64,000 nt of DNA, taken from Antedon mediterranea (taxonomy: Eukaryota; Animalia; Echinodermata). Below, one piece after another: positions 52,005-62,053 of the stretch (the stretch's first letter is position 1; each line of letters starts with the position of its first letter). Where the stretch lies: NCBI RefSeq assembly GCF_964355755.1, contig NC_092675.1, positions 21,114,912 to 21,178,911 of the forward strand. The letters run 5' to 3'. The translations under genes were made by a program, and so were the position numbers. The notes under the pieces are model-generated. The model had not been told where the DNA came from and did not search any database. It saw nothing but the letters and a program-made list of their open reading frames with translations.

Positions 52005-55000
52005 TACAGTGTAGTGTAGACTCTCATTTATTTTGTACAGTATCTTAGTGGCGATCCAGTCAATGCATGTCACTCCAACCTGGGAGTTTATGAATTTTAT
52101 AGCAGATCCTTTCATCTATGTAATTGGTTATTTTCCTTGAAAATTAGGCCTACAGTAGCATGACATAGGTGTACCCAGTGTTTACTATGGAAATGATACA
52201 ATGGAGATGCATGCTAAAAATTGTTTGAACTATATAGCTTTATTTTAGTTATACAGAAACACCCTGTATAAAATCATTATACTGCTACGTTTTTATAAAG
52301 TTGCATCATTTTTCTAACTTGGGACCTCTGAGAATCCTTAAAATTCAATTTTTTCTCACTAATTTTTCTTTTGATTTATAAAAAATCACTTATTTTGATT
52401 CCCCAAATGCACCACTGTAGGCTATGTAACACAAGCTACCAGTAGTACTAACTGAATAGTTGTATGTAGGCACTTGATAATATCTACAATAAGTCAACTC
52501 ACATCATTTAAGTATTTATACAGTATCAATATAAATCATAGTGCAATACTGAAGTATATTAATAATACAGTCGTAAGCAGTATATCACTATATGTTATCG
52601 ATACCAATTTACTCAAGTTTCAAAGAAGATGCTTAAGTACAGTCTTGACATTACCTGTCACTTAGATATCAATACAAGACAATTATATTTTAAAGATGGG
52701 ATATTGTTTCAAAAATTGATATTATATCCATCTAAGTTATAATTTGTAGTATTGCGAAAAGGGCATCAACAAACTCTTTCAAGGAGCCTTACTGTATACA
52801 GTAAGTCATGTGAAATATTCATATTTAAATTTTGACTTTGAATCTTGGTTGGAATGACTTTAAACAACCCTCTCATTGTTATTATACTGTATACTTTAAA
52901 TTTAATTTAATTTCAGTGTCAATTTTGTTTCTCTTGTTCCTTAAGATTAATTTTTTTTTTAACTATATAAAAATTGTATTGATGATAAAGTACTGTAATG
53001 CTAATCCTTTACTACTGTAAAACATTTTTTTTTTAGAATTAGTTTTTACAATAAGACATTGATAAGTGCTTTGATAGCAAGGGGTCCTTAATCTTTAAGA
53101 CTGGTCCTTGTTTAGGGACCACAAAATAAATATTGTTTCATAACTGACAAACTAACCATGTACAGTAATAAACTCTCCGACAAAAGCAAACTTCTGACAG
53201 AAATCAAATGAAATTGTCTTATTAGCATGTACTGTACAGGTACCAGACTTTTTCAAAAATCAAACATTGGTAAAGTTCATGTTTGTACATCAATAAAAAT
53301 ATTTATTTACATACTAAATTTAATTTCTAGACAGTTTTTACACTTGATAAATATGGAAATCTTAAAAATAGAATGTATTTACTGTGTCATATAATATATT
53401 AGTTTAACAAAATTTAAATTTGCATCAATTAAACATAATATAATTCCCAATAGAAAGATGTTACCATTCTAACTCCGTAAGCCAATACAAAATATTTACG
53501 AATAAATTAGTAAGATACATTAATTCAAACATGTACTTAGTAAGACAATAGTGAAGATTGGCTGGTTTAATTTCTGGCTATAGTTAATAATCAATCTGTT
53601 GTACACGCAGACCACAAACATTCAATTGACTCAATTACATTCATTTGCTTTCAGAATGTTGATCAATATTTGTAAAAGAAGCATAATCCACATACAACAT
53701 TTGACTAATCAACAAATTTCAATGCTAACAAGACAAAAGGATATTATACATAGTTTACTATTCAAAAATGAACACTGTAACTAGATCCTAAATTAAAGTA
53801 GTTATGTCTTATTTTGTGGAATCGGATTTAATCTCTAGAGAAATACCATTTAAAATCTAGGATTGAACTAAAAAAAATGTATAGCTATGAAGATTCATAT
53901 TATGCTTTATTATACAAGGTTTTTGCAATTTCTGGAGTCATTTTAAAACTATCTCGTCTTCAAGGTTACACTACAGTATACTAAGTATAGACTGGCGCAC
54001 CATTATAGAACAGTGCGCTCACTAGTATGCTCTTTAACTAGAAGAAGTATCCTACTTGCATTTGAATCGCTTTTCTATTAATAAACCATACAATTAGTAT
54101 TTGCCAAATTGATCCAAATTCTATTACATTCCTGACACTGATATCAGTAGTGTGTTGCAAGAGATAATAAAGCACACTAATAAAGGATACAATTAATTGT
54201 CTCTTTTTAGACATTATACTGATTTCCAAAAAAAAAAAAAACCTTTAAAGATAACAGAACCTTCTGAGTGACGAAAGGACAGATTTAAAACTGTATTTTG
54301 CAAGAAAAAAACAAATCACAAAAAGAAGTATCCTTAAAATGGTTTTTAAAACAGTTTCTGTGGAGCAATTTATAACTGCAATGCAACAATCTAAATTTGA
54401 CCTCATAATTAAGGTCAAATGAATGGTGTAAACATTTGAATTACTGTAATGAAATCAATAAACAATGATGACCAAAATGAGAAATTGTTTTACATTTTTA
54501 GTAAAAATTAGGCTGAAATGGAATCATCATGATATAAACAAACAACACTGTACATGTAACTGTTTTTTTAAATAGTTTTTTAATAGAAATTGACCCTTGG
54601 GTTTTGAAACTGATAGAAAAATGAGAACAACTGAGGATGAGAAATACTTTGCTGGTTCAGACAATATAAACAAAAAAAGTGTACTTGTTTATTTTACAAT
54701 AGAAATGGGTTATAAACATCAATGAACAAGAATTGTGAGTTATGTTTACATGAGAGGTGAACACAGTACATCTTGCGGCTTAACTGACTTTGTGTTCAAA
54801 CGCAAAAATATACCGCTTTAAACATCCAATATAATAACCCCAGTTGAATTCATCATTCTAAAACCTAGTTAAAGTCAATCGGATGTACAGTACTGAAACG
54901 TGTCGGAGTTAAAGTTACATTTGATGTGTACCTTTAAAGAGTTATATCAGAGGTACATTGTAGTAAGTTCATGACACAGATGTATACAGTAGTCATACCA

Positions 55001-55614
55001 TCTATGCATGCCTAACTACAGTATATAGTGTGTCAACACATAACTGTAGCACACGTACTTTAACTGTACAGGTAGCACAGAAACCTTTTCTTATAATAAT
55101 TTTTTTATATCAATAATATTCTAGAAATTTGTATTTATTTATTTTATTTCACATTTACACTATTAATTGTGTATTGTTTTGGGGTTTTGTACACTGTCTC
55201 ACATTACACATGGTAATGGTATTGTACAAATAAAACATGGGAGATACAGTACAGTTTGTGTTGCTGTGTAAAAGTGCAAGTTCATTCACACACTTTGAAA
55301 TCATATTGACAGAAATATATAAATTCTTAACCTAAATTTTCAGTTTTGAAGGGAGCTGAACTACACATTAATGTCATTCACATTATTGAACATTAGCCAA
55401 AACATAATTTACGCTAGAGGTTCAACTTCCTCTCAAGTAGATAAGCATAGTACATTACGCAGATTTAAGTCTTACTACAAATCATTTCATTAAGACATTT
55501 TTCAGTAAATGTGAAAGTTTTTGTATTTAATTTCTAATGTGTATTAAAACATAATAATGCTTTTTTTCTAAGAGTATCAAGCAAAGTAAAACTAGTTTGA
55601 TGATAGATACAGTA

Positions 55615-55915
55615 GGTTCTTTGGGGTTGGTTCAGACTAGTCCTAACGTTAGTGTTGGGTCAGACTAGGCCTATCATTGGGGTTGGTTCAGACTAGCCTA
55701 ACATTAGTGTTTGGTCAGACTAGGCCTATCTTTAAGGTCAGACTAGACCTATCTTTAGGGTTGATTCAGACTAGGCATATCTTTAGCATTGATTCAGACT
55801 AGGCCTATCTTTAGGGTTGATTCAGACTAGGCCTACAGTATCTTTAGGGTTGATTCAGACTAGGCCTATCTTTTGGGTTGGTTCAGACTAGGCCTATCCT
55901 TAGGGATGGGTCAGT
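55615..55915. repeat. Minisatellite, ~28-bp unit x ~11
   Basis: Unit TTCAGACTAGGCCTATCTTTAGGGTTGA; one unit carries a CAGTA insertion. Confidence 0.93.
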
Positions 55916-56417
55916 CACCACTTTATTCCATTCAAGCAACTAATAATAGGGTATACAGTAAACTTAAAAAAATAATGTTTAAATATTGAAAAAAACATGG
56001 AGATTTTACTTTTTATAAAGAATGTGTGACAACCTGTTTTAATACAGCACACAACCACAGAATAGAAAACAAACATTAAAATAATTGTAAAACAATGGAT
56101 GTTCACACCTTATCTTAGACAAAACATTTGTTATGGCACTACTGTTAATAAACAAACAAGTTCAATGCATTAAGATGCCTGTCAATCATCAGACAAGATA
56201 CTTCAATCTAAGAAAGTCAAATGTCATCTTTGGTGGCAATGACTTAAGTACTGAATACCATTTTTATACTCGGAGAAATCAAACATACAAGGGTCAAACT
56301 TAGCTGGTAGTAAAAATTATTACATTTAGAACCACAAAATGGTCATTGTTATTTTACAGTATTAATTATTTAAAAAACAGTACAGTTTGACATAAAATAT
56401 AAGAAATCTTCAATATT

Positions 56418-56490
56418 AAGCGCCATGAGCTCCACATGAGTGGGGGACACCGGCGCTATACAAGTTTTCATATATTATTATTTATTATTA
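56418..56490 (+). mobile_element. L2-type LINE/SINE 3' tail
   Basis: AAGCGCC..GAG..GGCGCTATACAA stem followed by a (TTA)n tail. Confidence 0.65.
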
Positions 56491-57332
56491 ATATTTAGAT
56501 TGAAACATTAACTTTAAAATGTTTCACCAATATCAGTTTCCATGAACTAAATATGGTACCACCTAAAGTAAAACTGCAAAGAAAATTGCTACTAAAAGAG
56601 AGAATTACTAGGCTTAAATAATATACCCATTGTCAGCTATAGTTTTTCATTTCACATTTATATACCGTTACTTTAAAGCTAATAGCATCTATCAGGCTTA
56701 GCATAAGCATGCATCCCACAAATTCTACGCTAAATCCTGCTATAAATAGCTAGGCCTAACTGTTACAAATTATAACACAATAACACAGTTTGATGTATAG
56801 ATTCTTTAACAACGAAAGTGTCGGATTTTTTTTTGTTTGGGGGAGGGAAAGGGCGGAGCTACAGTAGTAAGGGAAAGATTACTAGAACATTTTGTTTGCA
56901 TGTCATTAATTAATATCATGAACTTATGTTATACAAACAAATACAAGTATACTGTAAATTATTATCTAAATAAATTGCAGACAAGATGATGAATGTATTA
57001 CTAATTAAAATCATTTTTTACTTTTTAAAAATCTATCTTAATTTGATTCTATTAAGGACAAGATTGCTCCTAGTACTAGACAACAATATACAGCATATTA
57101 TCATGGTGGTAATATCTAACATTGTTATGTATAGTAGATGACCTCCTAAGGCAACTCATACATCACCTTACTAACGGCTGCCTGGATTGCAAATGTGTTA
57201 TAGATCTTTGTGGATTTCTCAAGTTAAATTAAGAATATAGAAAATATTATAGACCATATAATATACTGTATATTTATTTATCAAGATCCAACAGTGTATA
57301 AAAAAAACACCAATACAGGATCGACATAAATA

Positions 57333-58975
57333 TGTGACCCGATCTGGCAAAACCCTCTCTTTGTCGGCAATTCAAAATTCACGTAATCAGTCAAAATACG
57401 TCCAAATCGACTACCCTGGCAGATTACATGTTTTTGCATTTTCGAAATATTTCACTATCTAAGAATACGTCTACCTGATTTAAACTCCCGAAATTTAACT
57501 AAAATTATGAAAAAAGAGAGTTTTAAAAACATGTATTTTCCTCAAGCCTAACAATTTATTCACGATATACGCTAAAATTTTGCGTAAATTCAGTTGAAAG
57601 TTGCCGAGTTTTACGACATTTTGATCGCCAGTTCGCTGCACAATGTTGAAAGGTCACACATCAAAATAAAGCTCATCCATTTGACATTCCAAATATGGAA
57701 GTTTTAGGGCGGAGTTTAAAGAAGGAACCAATGAAAACTTTGATTTACTATGACATCATTTCAGAAAATTCGGTTCTTCGAAGTTTCTGGAACAGCGAAC
57801 TGCGTGTGTTGCTATGGCGCATCATCGCAATAACAAACGTTATTGGTCAACGCGCTAGATGTTATACGCTCTACGCGCGGAAATAAAAAGTTGTTTACAT
57901 TTTTGTGAGGTTATTTTTATTGTACACACAGCATGTCGTAAATTGGAATAAAAACGATTTTAATATTCAAAGTAAAGTGTTCTGCAATAGCTGTAGTGTG
58001 TATTTGTTTATTCCATAGTAAAATAGACAAGTCAAAAACAATTCACGTCATAAATTCAATTGTATTTTCTATATTTTTGGGGGCTAGTAGGCCCTAGGCC
58101 TAATTTTATTATGGTTGTAGGCCTACTACTACTGGGCCTAGCTTTATATTATTGTCAATAGTTTTATTTATACATTTTATATATCCAATCGGCTCTTAAT
58201 TATTTATTTAATTTATTGTCCATTCCTTTCATATTAAATGTTTTTTTAAATCATTGGATTCAAGCCCAAACATCACAGCGAATCTTCCACGTTATAACAA
58301 AAAACAAATGTAATCGTCAATACAGTGTAATGTTAGCTTGCAATTAGCTGTGACTCTGCAAGGCGCCTAACTTGTCTAGACTAACGCTAGCCCCCGTGTC
58401 GATGCACCGCTGCCATACACGGCCTAATGAACACCCATCATCAGGAGGTCTTAATAATACAGACGATGACGGCGAAAATCTGAATAGGCGCGCCTAGGCC
58501 TAGGCCTGCTTGGTTTTTTGCCGTTGATATCGTAAACACTTCCGAAACCAGTTAACATTAGCTTGGTAGTTATAATGCTGCTTTTCAATAGTGCAAAATA
58601 GTTAATTCGAGTGACTAAATAGGTTAAAACGGCGTCTGAAATCAGTCAAATTGACCATAGTGTCCACGCTGCTGCTATATCGCACACACTTCCTGGTATG
58701 ACGTCATTGTGCCTTAGACCAAAATAGCGCGTTGCTACGGAGTGAGTTTTCAGCGCGTATCAAAAAGAATTTCATTGCAAACTTCAAACGCGATTTTCTC
58801 GTAAACTAATTGAATGATTTGTAAGTTTTTAAAATATAATAACTTTTTAAATATTTATTCAATTTTTATGAAATAAACACCATTGCAAAGCTTATGATTC
58901 AAATAATCCAAATATATAAAAAAATACAAAATGAATATTTCCGACAAAAGTAGGGTTTTGCCAGATCGGGTCACA
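57333..58975. mobile_element. Young non-autonomous TIR DNA transposon (1,643 bp), TGT...ACA ends, TA flanks; superfamily unresolved
   Basis: 35-bp TIR with the first 24 bp perfect (TGTGACCCGATCTGGCAAAACCCT); CpG-rich interior; no long ORF. Confidence 0.9.
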
Positions 58976-60042
58976 TATACATTTGACTGAGTATATTAAA
59001 TCCCATGCCGCAGTATAAATCATATTCCAAAAGCTAAATTTAGACACAAGACGCTGGACCTATTGTTTTGAGTATGTAAGCCAAACAATTTTCAGGTCCC
59101 ATGGGAATATAGTTATATAAATTGCAGAATATAGTAAATACAATCAATGGATGGTAAAAAGTAATATCTGAAAGTACTGTACTTAATACATTTTACTTAC
59201 TTAATGTTTTATTTAAACATTTTATTTTAAAATATCATAATTACAACACGGCATTGATCAACAGAAAACAAGTTCTGAATTTAATAGTTTCTGTTTCCAA
59301 CTTTACTTCTGAAAAAATTTTGTGATTTATTTTTGGGTTTAAGACATTTTGAAAATATTTAAGATAAAATCGCATGTGAATACAAATCAAATTTCATTTC
59401 TAAGCTGATAAAGTTTTTTTTATGCTAAACATGTAACACTCATCATCTATCTGAATACAATACTTTCACACTGAAGAAGTAAGTAGAGTGTGTGTGTGAG
59501 ATAACATCACAATTGAATCATTTACTGTTTTTTTAGATAGAACAGAACTTAGTTAGAAGTCAAATACATAAAAAACAGAGATTCTGTTTTTTGCTGGTAT
59601 TTAATTGAAGTACTGATGGTGTAAATTTTAAATTGTTGTGATTGCTTCTTAAAGAATGTTGAAAAGAGGTTAATTACTGGTCTTAGGTGTCTGTTGTTTT
59701 ATGACTGACATGCCATAATACTATAAAAACCTAAGAGAAAAATGGTCACTAATGAGTCGCTCAATCAATAACAAAACAGTAAGTAGTGTTAAATCCCACC
59801 TTTTTAAAAAGATCATATCAAAGGGAGTTGAGCAAACAATACCATACCTATTGAACACAGATCTTTTCACTTCTAATGAATACAATACTTGGTCCATTGG
59901 CCAAGAACACAGCTCAGCTAGGCTTTTATCAAAACATCAAAAGGGGCGCTTAGGATTGAGAACAGAAAAGGTCATCGAAGCTAAAAACCAGTCGTCTACA
60001 TTAGTAAAACTATTAGTATTGTATTTAAAGTTAAAAACATAC

Positions 60043-60128
60043 CGTAGACAGCATTGAGGCTCCTGGGTATGCCCCGGTAAAAAAGCGATAATGTTGTCCA
60101 TATCGAAAATGATCAAGCTTAGATGAGC
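60043..60128 (-). CDS. TCF: TCF/LEF coding exon 3
   Basis: Acceptor TTGTTTTTCCAG|, 86 nt (G)SSKLDHFRYGQHYRFFTGAYPGASMLST, donor |GTATGT. Phase 1 in and phase 0 out, joining exons 2 and 4 in frame; YPG resembles the corresponding vertebrate exon. This frame is not in the ORF track. Confidence 0.85.
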
Positions 60129-60421
60129 CTGGAAAAACAATACAACAATGGGGGTCAAACATGGTTTAGACCGTGTTGCAGTTTGTGGAATCTACCACCA
60201 CGTTCAGCAGCACAAACAGGCTAGTTACGATCAAGTTACAAATCAGACAACACAAAACTCCATCTAAACTATTTCAGTTCATAAACCAAAACATGATCTA
60301 GTTAGGTCTACCTGATTTTTAATGCAATATTATTAGTAAGAAATAAACCATTTAAATATACGTCAGTTACGTGGATTTACCAGGCTAAAATATATTGAAA
60401 ATGAACAAAGTTTCGACTTAC

Positions 60422-60524
60422 CCCCAACTGTGTCGTAAATCCGAAATAGCGGTTGTTCTTTCACACTACCACCGTCTTTTACCGATTCTCCATACTCGGG
60501 GGCTAGTCCACGCTTAATACCACG
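60422..60524 (-). CDS. TCF: TCF/LEF coding exon 2
   Basis: Acceptor TCATTTTACAG|, 103 nt RGIKRGLAPEYGESVKDGGSVKEQPLFRIYDTVG+G, donor |GTAAGT. Phase 0 in and phase 1 out; preceding intron is 115 nt. Confidence 0.9.
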
Positions 60525-60639
60525 CTGTAAAATGATAAACGGTTCTATAAAAACCCGACACAACAAACTAAAATATTTAAAGATCGTCCAAGTATTTTGA
60601 GTAATAGTTGTAAAAGTCATAAAAGCAATCATAACAAAC

Positions 60640-60834
60640 CTGATCGTCGTTGGAGTTCTTGCATTCCCCTTCAGTCACTAGGCTAGATTTTATATCGTTC
60701 AGATCCCGACTAGACGTGGTCGAATCGGCCAATTTCTTCGTCGGGATTTCGCCTGGGCCACCTTCGTCTTTGAAGGAAATTGTCTCATCTCCGGCAGCTA
60801 AATCCTCGCCAGCCCCATTAGGCTGTTGTGGCAT
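60640..60834 (-). CDS. TCF: TCF/LEF transcription factor, coding exon 1 (beta-catenin-binding domain)
   Basis: Translates MPQQPNGAGEDLAAGDETISFKDEG...RDLNDIKSSLVTEGECKNSNDDQ (65 codons). This matches the TCF/LEF N-terminal pattern MPQ..DL.A.DE.I.FKDEG..DL.D(V/I)KSSLV.E. Ends at CAG|GTTTGT donor, phase 0. Confidence 0.97.
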
Positions 60835-60849
60835 ATCTTCCTAGGCCTA

Positions 60850-61100
60850 AGCAGTTCTGTTTTGGTGTAAAATCTTCGAAATTTATCTATACTCCGCTAT
60901 GAAATCCACGCGCGGCACTCACGTATCCTGGCGGTTGTATACAGAGCTCAAAGGCAACTACATCAAAGCCTCGCCGCACCCTTGATTGACAGGTCGCTTT
61001 GTCATTACTGGAGCGCCTTGACCAATCAATTACCGTAATTCAAGTGATGTAATATTTTCTCATGAATATTTATTACGTTCTTCACATACCATTGAAAAGC
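60850..61100 (-). promoter_or_regulatory. CpG-rich TCF promoter/5'UTR with TCF sites, Pbx/Meis decamer and CCAAT box
   Basis: Directly upstream of the ATG and CpG-dense. ACATCAAAG 60960-60968, AGCTCAAAGG 60945-60954, TGATTGACAG 60983-60992, CCAAT 61022-61026. TSS not determinable. Confidence 0.75.
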
Positions 61101-62037
61101 GAAGGTAAGCGCTAGCGATTGAACGAATAGGAAGAGAGTGAATATCGTTGTTCGTAGGAATTGTCAGCCTATTAGAATCATCAAATAGACGTAGCTAAAC
61201 TAACACTGGAGACTACGTTAACGGTCATCGCCCTGGCTTTACCCTTCAAGTGTTTTGAATGGTATTTTAACGAGTTGTAATCGCCCATGTCCTTGCCCCA
61301 CTTAATATATTTCATAATCAAGACAACACTGATTTGAAACATTATATCATTAGCAACCCTTCATAAAAATGTTCAATGAAAATAGTTCTCATAAACTAAG
61401 TACAGTATTCAATTTAGTTGACGCTTTTACACATATTTTTTTATCTTTCGTTTTTTATTTCAATTAGCCTAAAATAATCTAAGTTATAATAATTAAATAA
61501 ACTATATTATAAATGACAACTTTACAATGTAATTATCTATTTTACAATTTAAAAAGTAAATTGTATTTTGGATACATTGTTTACATGTGTTTATTATCAA
61601 AATCGGAGGCAAAATGGAACTCTGAACTTATTATCATATAAATAACAAAAAAACAAAATCGAAGTTCAATGTTATTGTGTATAGTCCTACAGTATGTTTA
61701 GATCCGTACCTGGTAATATTGTACTATAGTATCTTTTAAATTCTTCACTTCCGATTACTGCACACATTTATATGAACAGAACAATATTTTATACATCATT
61801 ATAAATATGGTACAACATACTCTTATGTAGGCCCCCGGTAGGCCCTATTCCAATCTTTTGGAAATTGCAAAGGACAAATTTCGTTTGTCAAATGCTAAAT
61901 AAATGTTAATCGTTGTTTCTGGTTTGCTTTGTTCAAGCTGGTTATGTTTTTGAGTAAGAGTTATTAAAATAATAGCTATTGCGATAGGCTGTAGTATTGT
62001 GCTATATTTCATAGATAGTTTTTGATCAAGTTTAGAA

Positions 62038-62053
62038 TCTCAAGAGGGCGCTA
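62038..62053 (+). promoter_or_regulatory. CTCF-like motif upstream of the promoter
   Basis: TCTCAAGAGGGCGCTA resembles the CTCF core. Confidence 0.4.

Larger units (their letters stand above)
3746..60042 (-). other. Giant intron 3 of the TCF gene (56,297 nt, phase 0)
   Basis: GT donor at 60042 and AG acceptor at 3746; flanking exons join in frame; no recognisable nested protein-coding gene inside. Confidence 0.85.

Noticed and set aside
60857-60922. Small 5'UTR intron (GTGAGT donor at ~60922 on the minus strand)
   Set aside because: Acceptors lack a pyrimidine tract and the TSS is unknown; unsupported without transcripts.
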